Source of the DNA: Candidatus Sericytochromatia bacterium
GTDB lineage: Bacteria > Cyanobacteriota > Sericytochromatia > S15B-MN24 > JAQBPE01
Direction of reading: 5' to 3'
NCBI GenBank assembly: GCA_035285125.1
Contig: JAYKHR010000155.1
Span: forward strand, 49,323-113,322
DNA length: 64,000 nucleotides
Shown: positions 29,843-39,982 of the stretch, piece after piece
Layout: each line of letters starts with the position of its first letter
How positions within the stretch are numbered: the first letter of the stretch is position 1
The notes under the pieces: model-generated
Told to the model about the DNA's origin: nothing
The model's input: the letters and a program-made list of their open reading frames with translations, nothing else
Databases searched by the model: none
Program-made: the position numbers and the translations under genes

Positions 29843-31174
29843 ATGGCCTCCGCCCCTGGCGCCGCGGTGCGCGCCGTCGCCTCCCTGCGCGAGCTGGTCG
29901 CGCTCGCTCCCGTGGCTCGCCTCCTGGCGACCGCGAGTGTCGCGCTGGGAACGCCGGTGTACCTGGTGGGCGGCTGCGTTCGGGATTGGCTGCTGGGGCG
30001 CGAGCCGCTGGACTGGGACGTCGTCGTGCCCGGCGAGCCTGCCGCCCTGCTTGCCTGGCTCAGGCGGGAGGCGCGCGTGCGCGGCTCGGTGGTGCTGGAC
30101 CCGGAGCTCGCCATCCACCGGGTCCTGCTGGCAGACGGCGGCGTGATCGACGTCGCGCGGATGACCGACGACAACATGCGAGCGGATCTCACGCGTCGAG
30201 ACCTCACGATCAACGCCATGGCCGTCGACACGGCCGGGAACCTCATCGACCCGCTCAGCGGCTATGCCGACCTCTGCGCGGCGCTGGTCAGGGCGCCGAG
30301 CCGTGGCAACCTCGAGGCTGATCCCGTCCGGCTGCTCCGGACCTTTCGCTTCGCGGCAAGCCTCGGGTTCACGTTGGATCCCGCGACGCGCGGCTGGGTA
30401 GAGGACCTGGCGCCGTTGATCGCCCGGCCAGCCGGCGAGCGCCTGCTCCAGGAGTGGCACAAGCTGCTGGCGGCCCCCGCCTGTCACCCCCACCTGGCGG
30501 CCATGGGCGCGGCCGGCCTGCTAGGCCCGGCGCTGGGCGTGGCGGCCGGCGACCTGCCCGAGGGGCGCGCCCGGCTCGCTGCCCTCGACGCCTGGCTCAC
30601 GGAGGCGGTGGGGCCGGCCTGGCGCCGCCTCGCCGCCTGGCTCGCGGAGCCCGTCACCGGGGACAGGCCCAGGCGGACGACCCTGGCCCTCACGGTGCTC
30701 AGCCTCGATGCTGGGGCCGCAGGCCCCGGCCCCGTGGGCGACCGCCTGCGCTGGAGCCGTCGCGAGCAGCGCCTGGCCGAGGTCTGGGCCGCCACCGCCG
30801 AGCGCCTGGAGGCGCTGCTGCGCGAGGGCCGTCCCCCGCGCGGCTGGCACCGCCTCTGCCGCGATGCCGGGGAAGCGCTTCCCGCCCTGCCGGCCCTGGT
30901 GGCGAGCCGGGCCCCCGACCTGCGCGGGCCCGCCGGGGAGGCCCTCGCAGCCTGCTGGGAGCGGCTGGACCAGCCGCTCCCAAGACACCTGAACGGACGC
31001 GACGTGATGGCCGCGCTGGGCATCCCCCCGGGGCCCCCGGTGGCCGAGCTGCTCGCCGCCCTGGAAGAGGAAACGGCCCTGGGCACCGTGACTGACCGTG
31101 AATCGGCCCTCCACTGGGCCCGCATGGCCTGGCGCAGCGGGGTACACGACGGGCGCGAGCCCACCTCGAGCTGA
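29843..31174 (+). CDS. Class II tRNA nucleotidyltransferase, probably CC-adding
   Basis: VGGCVRD, DWD, DLTRRDLTINAMA, DPVRLLR, LNGRDVM...PGP; short flexible loop. Confidence 0.88.
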   Translation: MASAPGAAVRAVASLRELVALAPVARLLATASVALGTPVYLVGGCVRDWLLGREPLDWDVVVPGEPAALLAWLRREARVRGSVVLDPELAIHRVLLADGGVIDVARMTDDNMRADLTRRDLTINAMAVDTAGNLIDPLSGYADLCAALVRAPSRGNLEADPVRLLRTFRFAASLGFTLDPATRGWVEDLAPLIARPAGERLLQEWHKLLAAPACHPHLAAMGAAGLLGPALGVAAGDLPEGRARLAALDAWLTEAVGPAWRRLAAWLAEPVTGDRPRRTTLALTVLSLDAGAAGPGPVGDRLRWSRREQRLAEVWAATAERLEALLREGRPPRGWHRLCRDAGEALPALPALVASRAPDLRGPAGEALAACWERLDQPLPRHLNGRDVMAALGIPPGPPVAELLAALEEETALGTVTDRESALHWARMAWRSGVHDGREPTSS

Positions 31175-31183
31175 GGTCGCCCG

Positions 31184-32407
31184 TTGGCGGACGAGGACAA
31201 GAAACACGACCCGACGCCCCACAAGCTCGACGAGGAGCGGAAGAAGGGGAACGTGCTCAAGGTCCAGGACGCGCTGGCTGCGGCCACCATCCTGGTCTCG
31301 GCCTACGCCCTGGCGTGGACGGCCCCGATCGTCTTCGAGTACCTCTTCGCGTTCGTCGACGAGATCCTGCGCAACATCCCCGAGCTCCGCCACCTCACGG
31401 AGACGCAGGCGCGCTGGCTGCTGTGGCGCATGTTCCTGATCGTCTTCATCACGACGGCCCCCTTCATCGCCATCGTGGTGCTCACGGTGCTGATCGTGCT
31501 CTACGCGCAGGTGGGGGTGCTGATCACCTTCAAGCCGCTCGAGCCCAAGTTCGAGAAGATCGACCCGGTCAAAGGCTTCAAGAACAAGATCAACCCGTTC
31601 AAGCTCAAGCAGCTGTTCAACCTCGCCAAGACCCTCCTCGTGTGCCTGGTGATCGGCTACCTGGTCTACACGGTGATCCGGGACAACTTCGGGGCCATCC
31701 TGCAGAGCGGCTCCCTCACACCGGGCGGCGCGCTGGGCCTGATCGGGCACCTGATCCTGGCCGTGGCGAAGAGGGTGACGCTGTTCATGATCGCGGTCGC
31801 CTTCATCTCGTACCTGTTCGAGCGCTGGCAGTGGTGGAAGGGGCTCAAGATGTCCGACAAGGAGATCAAGGACGAGTACAAGAAGCTCGAGGGTGACCCC
31901 CACATCAAGGCCAAGCAGCGCCAGAAGATGTACGAGATCGCCTCGGGCGCGGCCCGGGAGGTGGTCCCCGAGGCCGACGTGGTGATCACCAACCCGACGC
32001 ACTACGCCGTCGCCCTGGAGTACAAGCCCAAGCGAGGCATGAAGGCCCCGGTGGTGCTCGCCAAGGGCAAGGGCCGGCAGGCCCTGCTGATCCGCCAGAT
32101 CGCCGAGGAAAACTTCATCCCCACCGTCGAGGATCCCCCGACGGCGCGGGCGCTCCACGACCAGGTAAAGGTCGGCGAGGCCATCCCCGCCGAGCTGTTC
32201 GTCGCCGTGGCGAAGATCATCGCCACGATCATGCGCAAGCGGCAACGCCCCACGCCAATCCTGACGCCCCCGTCCCTGACGGGGTTCGCGCCAGTTTACG
32301 TGGAGCCCGCGCCGCCACCCGCCCAGCCCGCCGCTCCCGCGGGCCCGGCCAGCCCCGAGCCGGAGGCGACGGCCGGCCCCTCCGAGGGCCCACAGCAGCC
32401 GTTTTGA
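31184..32407 (+). CDS. flhB: FlhB/EscU family type III export switch protein
   Basis: KKHDPTPHKL, KMSDKEIKDEYK..EGDP, autocleavage NPTH, APVVLAKG. Confidence 0.92.
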   Translation: MADEDKKHDPTPHKLDEERKKGNVLKVQDALAAATILVSAYALAWTAPIVFEYLFAFVDEILRNIPELRHLTETQARWLLWRMFLIVFITTAPFIAIVVLTVLIVLYAQVGVLITFKPLEPKFEKIDPVKGFKNKINPFKLKQLFNLAKTLLVCLVIGYLVYTVIRDNFGAILQSGSLTPGGALGLIGHLILAVAKRVTLFMIAVAFISYLFERWQWWKGLKMSDKEIKDEYKKLEGDPHIKAKQRQKMYEIASGAAREVVPEADVVITNPTHYAVALEYKPKRGMKAPVVLAKGKGRQALLIRQIAEENFIPTVEDPPTARALHDQVKVGEAIPAELFVAVAKIIATIMRKRQRPTPILTPPSLTGFAPVYVEPAPPPAQPAAPAGPASPEPEATAGPSEGPQQPF

Positions 32408-32535
32408 CGCCCCCCACCCCCCGTGCTATCTTTCACGGGTCGGTCGCCCCCTGGCGCGCTGGAGCCGGCAAACGCCCTCCCGTCGCCCCACATGGCCGAG
32501 GTCCGCTTGGCCGACCTGGCTCCACGGAGGTCTCC

Positions 32536-34287
32536 ATGCCATCCCGCTCCCGCCTCCTGGCTGTCCTGCTCGCCGGGGCCCTGCCCCTGGGCCCGGGCCT
32601 CGTCCCGGCCGCCGCGGCCTACACGCCCGTGCGCGAGATGAAAGACCTGCCGGCCGAGCACTGGGCCTTCGAGGCCATCCAGGCCCTGGTCGAGAAGTAT
32701 GAGGTCATGGACGGCTTCGCCGACAAGACCTTCCGGGGGGCCCGCACCATCACGCGCTACGAGGCGGCAGCGGCCCTCGCCAAGGTGATGGCCAAGGTGG
32801 AGGAGCTGGTCTCGAGCGCCACGGGCAACCCCGTGAGCATCGAGCCGGGCGTCAGCTCGGACGACTTGCGGACCATCGCCCGGCTCCAGCGGGAGTTCCG
32901 TGATGAGCTCGAGGTGCTCAAGGGCAAGGTCGAGACCCTGGACTCCCGCGTCGGCACCTTGGAGAAGCGCGTCCGCATGGCGGGCGAGGTGCGCAACGAG
33001 TATCGGTCGTACCTCGGCGCGATGCCAGCCGCCCAGAGCCCGCTGGACGACGTCCGCGTGCGCAACCGGTTGAACCTGGAGGCCGCGCTGGGGGACGACC
33101 TCGCGGCAAGGACCTCGCTCGTGTGGGACGTGTACGGCCCGGCCGTGCCCGGTGCCGCCTTCGGGGCGGCGGGGCAGGCCGACGCGAGGCTCGAGGCCTA
33201 CTTGAGCCGGGCCCACGTCAGCTACACGCCGGCGAACTGGTCGGCCCACGTGGGCGTGCTCAACCCGAGCGAGGTCCTGACGCTCGGGTCGTCCCTGAAG
33301 AACCCGTTCACCAGCAACGTGTGGCGCGAGGGCCTCGGCGGCTACGGCTTCGTGGGCACGCCAGGGCTGCCCGTGGGCGGTGGCGCGGGCGGGGTGGGAA
33401 TCCTGTCGGGGGCCGGCCAACCCGTCTGGTGGCTCCCGGGCACCGACGTCGGCCTGCAGGCCCTTGATCCCAACGCCACCCAGATCGTGGCCCCACGGGG
33501 CAACTATGGCGCCGTGGCAGCCACCCAGGCCGGGCCGTTCCAGCTCGGAGTGGCCTATTACCAGGGGGGGATGGCGGGTCGCGAGCTCGCGCGACTCGAC
33601 CAGCTGGGCCTGCCCGCCAGCCTGCCCCAGCCCGAACTGGCCCTGCCCGGTGGGCGCCTGCTCGCCACGCTCGGCGCCGACTTTGGGGCCGTGCGCGCGC
33701 AGCTGGCGGCCAAGTCCGTCGGCCTGCCGACGGATGCACCCGGCGTCGCCAACAAGACGATCACGGGCACCATCGACCTCGGCACCGACGCGCTGGGTCT
33801 GAGCCTGCAGGGCGTCGCCCGCACGGCGTATACCGGGGAGTTCAACCCCTCGCAGGCCAGCGTGACGCTGGCGAGCAACGACGTGCTGGGGACGGGCTTC
33901 GGGCTGGGCGTCGGCCTCAACGCGGGCTCCGTGGTGGGCACCCGCCTCGGGGCGAACGGCGGTAGCTTCCAGCTCGGCGGCCGCAACCTCCTCGGAGGCG
34001 TCGGCGCCCTCGACTACGCCAGCTACGGCCTGATGCTGAGGCTGCCGGGGTTCTCCGTGCTGCCCCACGTGACGCTCGCCATGCAGCAGACGGCGAGCGC
34101 GGGCTTCGAACGGACGATGGCCTCCGGCCTCACGCTCCAGACGGAGGTGGTGCTCGGCGGGCTGCCGCGCCTGCAGCTGGAATACAGCTCCGGCAAGTTC
34201 ACGCCCGGCCTGGACAACGCGCTGCTCAACAGCCAGGCCCTCGTGTCCCACGAGCAGCTGGCCGCCCAGATGGTCGTTCCCTTCTGA
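32536..34287 (+). CDS. SLH-domain outer-membrane porin (cyanobacterial SomA/OmpM-like architecture)
   Basis: DLPAEHWAFEAIQALVEKY...GF.D.TFRG..TITRYEAAAAL, coiled coil LQREFRDEL, barrel ending in F. Confidence 0.88.
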   Translation: MPSRSRLLAVLLAGALPLGPGLVPAAAAYTPVREMKDLPAEHWAFEAIQALVEKYEVMDGFADKTFRGARTITRYEAAAALAKVMAKVEELVSSATGNPVSIEPGVSSDDLRTIARLQREFRDELEVLKGKVETLDSRVGTLEKRVRMAGEVRNEYRSYLGAMPAAQSPLDDVRVRNRLNLEAALGDDLAARTSLVWDVYGPAVPGAAFGAAGQADARLEAYLSRAHVSYTPANWSAHVGVLNPSEVLTLGSSLKNPFTSNVWREGLGGYGFVGTPGLPVGGGAGGVGILSGAGQPVWWLPGTDVGLQALDPNATQIVAPRGNYGAVAATQAGPFQLGVAYYQGGMAGRELARLDQLGLPASLPQPELALPGGRLLATLGADFGAVRAQLAAKSVGLPTDAPGVANKTITGTIDLGTDALGLSLQGVARTAYTGEFNPSQASVTLASNDVLGTGFGLGVGLNAGSVVGTRLGANGGSFQLGGRNLLGGVGALDYASYGLMLRLPGFSVLPHVTLAMQQTASAGFERTMASGLTLQTEVVLGGLPRLQLEYSSGKFTPGLDNALLNSQALVSHEQLAAQMVVPF

Positions 34288-34330
34288 TGCCACGCGCCAG
34301 CGGGTCGGTCCCGCGGCAGGAGGTCACCCG

Positions 34331-35515
34331 ATGACGCAAGCCCTGTACCTCGTGGAGGGCGCTCGCACGCCCTTCGGCACCTACATGGGGGAGTTGCGGC
34401 AGCTGTCCGCCGCTCAGCTCGCCATCACGGCAGGCCAGGGGGCCCTGGAGCGGGCGGGCGTCTCGCCCGACGCCGTCGACAGCGTCGTGCTCGGGAACGT
34501 CATGCAGGCCGAGCGGGAGAGCTACTACCTCTCCAAGTACGTGGGCACGCAGCTCGGGATGGCCGACTCGATCACGGGACTGGTGGTCAACCGGCTGTGC
34601 GGCTCCGGAATGCAGGCCGTCGTGAGCGCCTGTCAGGCGATGCGCCTGGAGGAGAGCGAGCTGGCCCTGGTCGGGGGCACCGAGTGCATGAGCCGGGCGC
34701 CCTTCATCCTGCGTGGCGGGCGGGATGGCCTGCGTGGGGATCAGACGCTGGAAGACCCCCTGCTCGGGCCCCACTCGGTGTTTGTCGATCCTGCCTGCGG
34801 GCTCATCATGGGCGAGACGGCCGAGGAGCTGGCGATCGAGTACGGCGTGTCGCGCGCGGAGATGGACGCCTTTGCCTTGCGGTCGCAGCAGACGGCCCGG
34901 GCGGCCATCGACCGCGGCCGCCTGGCCCGGGAGATCGTGCCCGTGGAGGTCCCCGGGAAGGGTGGCCCCCGCGCCGTGACCCTGGACGAGCACCCGCGCG
35001 AGACGACGCTGGAGAAGCTCGCCTCGCTGAAGCCTGCCTTCCGCAAGGGGGGCGAGGTGACGCCCGGCAACTCGTCCGGAATCAACGATGGGGCCTGCGC
35101 GCTCGTGCTCGCCACCGAGGCTCGCGTGCAGGCCCTCGGCCTGACGCCCAAGGCCCGCGTGGTGTCCTGGGGCGTGGCGGGTGTGGCGGGCAAGCGCATG
35201 GGCATCGGCCCCGCCCCTGCGATCGGCATCGCGCTGGGCCGGGCCGGCCTCACGCTAGCCGACATGGCGGTGATCGAGGTCAATGAGGCCTTTGCCGCCC
35301 AGTACCTGGCCGTCGAGCGTGAGCTCGGGCTCGATCGGGAGCGCGTCAACCCGAACGGCGGCGCGATTGCCCTGGGGCACCCCATCGGGGCCTCGGGGGC
35401 ACGCATTTTGCTGTCGCTGATGTACGAACTGCAGGACCGTCAGGCCCGGTACGGGGTGGCGTCAGCCTGCATCGGGGGCGGCCAGGGCATCGCGATGGTG
35501 CTCGAGCGCGTCTGA
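34331..35515 (+). CDS. Acetyl-CoA C-acyltransferase (thiolase)
   Basis: RLCGSG, NEAF, GHPIGASG, CIGGGQG. Confidence 0.96.
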   Translation: MTQALYLVEGARTPFGTYMGELRQLSAAQLAITAGQGALERAGVSPDAVDSVVLGNVMQAERESYYLSKYVGTQLGMADSITGLVVNRLCGSGMQAVVSACQAMRLEESELALVGGTECMSRAPFILRGGRDGLRGDQTLEDPLLGPHSVFVDPACGLIMGETAEELAIEYGVSRAEMDAFALRSQQTARAAIDRGRLAREIVPVEVPGKGGPRAVTLDEHPRETTLEKLASLKPAFRKGGEVTPGNSSGINDGACALVLATEARVQALGLTPKARVVSWGVAGVAGKRMGIGPAPAIGIALGRAGLTLADMAVIEVNEAFAAQYLAVERELGLDRERVNPNGGAIALGHPIGASGARILLSLMYELQDRQARYGVASACIGGGQGIAMVLERV

Positions 35516-35605
35516 GCGCTGCGCCCTCGGCCCGCCGGGCAGGGCTCACGCCTGGCTGTGGTACAATGCGATTTCGGCGGGCAGGGGCCCGCAGAGTGGC
35601 TCTGC

Positions 35606-36494
<889 letters not shown>

Positions 36495-36502
<8 letters not shown>

Positions 36503-37457
36503 GCGGTTCGAGCTCGACTTCGAGCGCCCCCTGACGGAGCTCGAGGAGAAGATTTCGCAGTTCAAGCGGATGGCTGCCGAGCACGGCATCACGCTGGACG
36601 GCGAGGTGCAGCGGCTCGAAGAACGAGCGCGGGAGCTGCGCAAGGGGATCTTCGAGAACCTCACGCCCACCCAGCGCATCCAGATTGCCCGCCACCCTAG
36701 GCGCCCGACGACGCTCGACTACATCGGGGCGATCGCGGAGGACTTCGTCGAGCTTCACGGCGACCGCCAAGGCGTCGACGACCTCGCCCTCGTCGGGGGG
36801 ATCGGCCGCTTCATGGGGCGCTCCGTCGTCTTCGTGGGCCACCAGAAGGGCCGCGACACGAAGGACAACATCGCCCGCAACTTCGGCATGCCGCAGCCCG
36901 AAGGCTACCGCAAGGCCATCCGCCTGATGCGGCACGCCGCGCGGTTCCGCATGCCACTGGTGACGTTCATCGACACCCCTGGGGCCTACCCCGGCATCGC
37001 CGCCGAGGAGCACAACCAAGGCGGGGCGATCGCGCATTCCATCTACGAAATGGCCCAGCTGCCGGTGCCCTGCGTGGCCGTCGTCCTCGGGGAGGGTGGC
37101 TCCGGCGGCGCGCTCGCCCTCGGCGTCGCGGACCGGGTGCTCATCATGGAGCACGCTTACTACTCGGTGATCAGCCCCGAGGGCTGCGCCGCGATCCTCT
37201 GGAAGGACGCGAGCAAGGCGAACGAGGCGGCAACGGCGATGAAGATCTCGGCAAGCGACCTGAGACGGCTCGGGGTGGTGGACGACGTGATCGTGGAGCC
37301 GCTCGGCGGTGCCCACCAGGACTCCGTGGAGGCCGCTAGGCGGCTCGGAGAGGCCATCCGCCGCCACCTGGGCGAGGCGCTGAAACGGCCCGAGGAAGAG
37401 CTACTGGCCCAGCGCTACGCCCGCTTCCGTGCCTTCGGGCGGTTCCAAGAGGGTTGA
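36495..37457 (+). CDS. accA: Acetyl-CoA carboxylase carboxyltransferase alpha subunit
   Basis: LDFERP, ARHPRRP, PEGYRKA, DTPGAYPG, GEGGSGGA. Confidence 0.97.
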
Positions 37458-37458
37458 G

Positions 37459-38436
37459 ATGAAACGGCTCGCGGTCCTGACCAGCGGGGGCGATGCCCCG
37501 GGCATGAACGCCGCCATCCGGGCGTCCGTCCGCAAGGCCCTGCACGCCGGGTGCGAGGTCTGGGGCGTGGAGTACGGCTACACCGGGCTCATCAAGGGCC
37601 AGATGCGCCTGATGGAGTACCACGACGTCGGCAACATCATCCAGCGGGGCGGCACCATCCTCAAAACGGCGCGGTCTACGCAGTTCCCGACGCCCGAAGG
37701 GCAGGAAATGGCGATGCGCGAGCTCGAGCGGCGCGGCATCGAGGGCCTCGTGGTGATCGGGGGCGACGGCTCTTTCCGGGGAGCCCAGTTGCTCGGACGC
37801 AAGGGTATCGCGATCGTGGGCGTGCCCGGCACCATCGACAACGACATCTACGGCACGGACTACACCATCGGCTACGACACGGCCCTGAACACGGTGCTCG
37901 ACGCCATCAACAAGATCCGCGACACCGCGAGCAGCCACAAGCGCATTGTCATCATCGAGGTCATGGGGCGGGACTCCGGCTGGATCGCCCTCGCCTCGGG
38001 GCTTGCCGGCGGGGCCGAGTTCGTGATCGTGCCCGAGATCCCCTACGACCTCGAGTTCGTCTCCGACAAGATCATCCGCGGCATGAACCAGGGCAAGGAG
38101 CACTCGATCGTCGTGGTGGCCGAGGGCGCGGCCCACGGCTTCGACGTGGGGGAGCGCCTGCGCGTGAGCACAGGCTATGACACCCGCGTCACCGTGCTCG
38201 GGCACATCCAGCGGGGTGGAAGTCCGACGGCGTTCGACCGCATCCTGGCCACGCGCCTGGGCGCCGCGGCCGTGGACGTCCTGCTGTCCGGCAACTCCAA
38301 CGTGATGGTGGGGCTGTCGGGCAACCAGGTGTCCGTGCAGAACCTCGATGAGGTCATCGGCCAGAAGCGCGGCCTGGACGTCGGCCTGTACGAACTCGAG
38401 TCGATCCTGGCGACGCGGAGCTCCGCCCCCCTCTAA
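37459..38436 (+). CDS. pfkA: ATP-dependent 6-phosphofructokinase
   Basis: TSGGDAPGMN, GGDGS, TIDND, MGR, LGHIQRGG. Confidence 0.97.
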   Translation: MKRLAVLTSGGDAPGMNAAIRASVRKALHAGCEVWGVEYGYTGLIKGQMRLMEYHDVGNIIQRGGTILKTARSTQFPTPEGQEMAMRELERRGIEGLVVIGGDGSFRGAQLLGRKGIAIVGVPGTIDNDIYGTDYTIGYDTALNTVLDAINKIRDTASSHKRIVIIEVMGRDSGWIALASGLAGGAEFVIVPEIPYDLEFVSDKIIRGMNQGKEHSIVVVAEGAAHGFDVGERLRVSTGYDTRVTVLGHIQRGGSPTAFDRILATRLGAAAVDVLLSGNSNVMVGLSGNQVSVQNLDEVIGQKRGLDVGLYELESILATRSSAPL

Positions 38437-38494
38437 CAAGCGGTCTCGGGAACCAGCGCCTCCGGCCAGGCCGCGAACCTCGGCCGGCCACCCG

Positions 38495-39982
38495 CTAGCG
38501 CCTCTGCAGGCGCTGCTGCCCCACCCGCCAGACGTCCGGGGCCACGCGCTCGCAGCGGATGCCGTGCGCCGCGAAGGCGGCCACCTGGTCGACGGAGGTA
38601 CAGTAGACTGCCAGGCCAGGGGGCACCACGAGGCGCTGCTGGGGCACCTGCAGCGGCGCGCCCCGCCGGAGGTACAGGACCACCTGCCGCACGTCCTGGC
38701 TGAACCCCGCCCCGGAATCCCACCGCCAGATGTTGCGAGCCTGCCAGCCTTCCACGAGGAGGTGGTAGGTGAAGGCCATCGTCTCCGTGTACTCGGGCGT
38801 GACGATCAGGGCGTTGCTCCCCACCGCGGCGAGCGTCGCCTGGACGCGCCGGTCCATGGCGTCATCCCGCGAGCGGTCGTTGGGGGCGAAGTTCCCCAGG
38901 AGCATCACCACCGGCAGCAGGCCCAGCAGCCACCGCCCCCGGGCCAGCGCGGGCCGGCGCGTCACGAGGTCCTGCGCCCCCAACCCCAGCCACACGGTGG
39001 CGATGAGGAAGGTCGGGATGTAGTAGAAGCGGATGTCCGGAATGGCGTAGTTCAAGGCAAAGGTGAGCTCCCCCAGGAAGGCGAGGCCGAGGAAGCCGGC
39101 CCGCCAACCGGGCCGCACCAGCGCTCCCCAGGCGATCAGCGCGACGGGCACCACGTAGAACTCGCGCAGCAGGTGCTTGACGTAGCCCCAACCTTCTCCC
39201 ACCAGGACGCGCTGCCACGGGTGAGCGAACATCAAGCCTTGCAGCCCGGTGCCCCCCCCCGTCACCGTCTGGAAGAAGGCCCCGGGATCGTCGCAGACGA
39301 GGCTCAAGTAGGAGGCCTCCGGGTCCAGCGTCCGCCAGAAGACGTAGGCATACTGCATCAGGCCGATCAGGGCGCAGCAAGCGAGGCCCAGCCACGTCCG
39401 GCCGCGCAGCAGCATACCCTCCGGGGCCCGGCACCAAAGCAGGAACGACAGGGCAGGGGCCAGCGTGACCATCGTGAGGTGGTTGCCGAACGAGAGGGCG
39501 TAGGCCAGACCAGCGTCGAACAGCCGCCCCTCGTCTGGCTGCTCGGCCCAGCGCAGCCAGGCAAGCAGCACCACGGCCACCCAGAGCGCGTTCAGGGCAT
39601 AGACCTCCGCGATGACGGCCTGGGACCAGAAGGTCAGGCTGAGGCCGAAGGTCAAGGCCGACAGCGCAGCCAGCCCAGGCTCGACGGCCAGGCGCCGCAG
39701 CAGCGCGTGGAGCACGAGGCAAGTCCCGATGGCACACACGGCCGAGAACAGGGTGACGCGCCAGGCCACCGAGCCCGCCGGCCACAGCCAGCCGAACAGG
39801 AAGGTGGCCACGGTGTACTGGGGGTAGCCCGTGAGGTTCAGCCCGAGCAGCGGGCCCTGAAACTGGTAGAGCGAGGTGTCGCCGAACAAGCCGGTGGCAG
39901 GCAGCAGCGTGGCGCCATAAGTCGCGGCGAGAAGCCCGACCACCACCCAAGGAGCGAGGCGCGCGGTGGCCCAGGTGGTCAC
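38495..39982 (-). CDS. DUF2723/TMEM260-like GT-C membrane glycosyltransferase
   Basis: GD..., GYPQY, FWSQAVIAEVYALN, GNHLT, multiple TM helices; GTGA overlap with the upstream gene. Confidence 0.8.
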   Translation of the reverse strand: MTTWATARLAPWVVVGLLAATYGATLLPATGLFGDTSLYQFQGPLLGLNLTGYPQYTVATFLFGWLWPAGSVAWRVTLFSAVCAIGTCLVLHALLRRLAVEPGLAALSALTFGLSLTFWSQAVIAEVYALNALWVAVVLLAWLRWAEQPDEGRLFDAGLAYALSFGNHLTMVTLAPALSFLLWCRAPEGMLLRGRTWLGLACCALIGLMQYAYVFWRTLDPEASYLSLVCDDPGAFFQTVTGGGTGLQGLMFAHPWQRVLVGEGWGYVKHLLREFYVVPVALIAWGALVRPGWRAGFLGLAFLGELTFALNYAIPDIRFYYIPTFLIATVWLGLGAQDLVTRRPALARGRWLLGLLPVVMLLGNFAPNDRSRDDAMDRRVQATLAAVGSNALIVTPEYTETMAFTYHLLVEGWQARNIWRWDSGAGFSQDVRQVVLYLRRGAPLQVPQQRLVVPPGLAVYCTSVDQVAAFAAHGIRCERVAPDVWRVGQQRLQRR

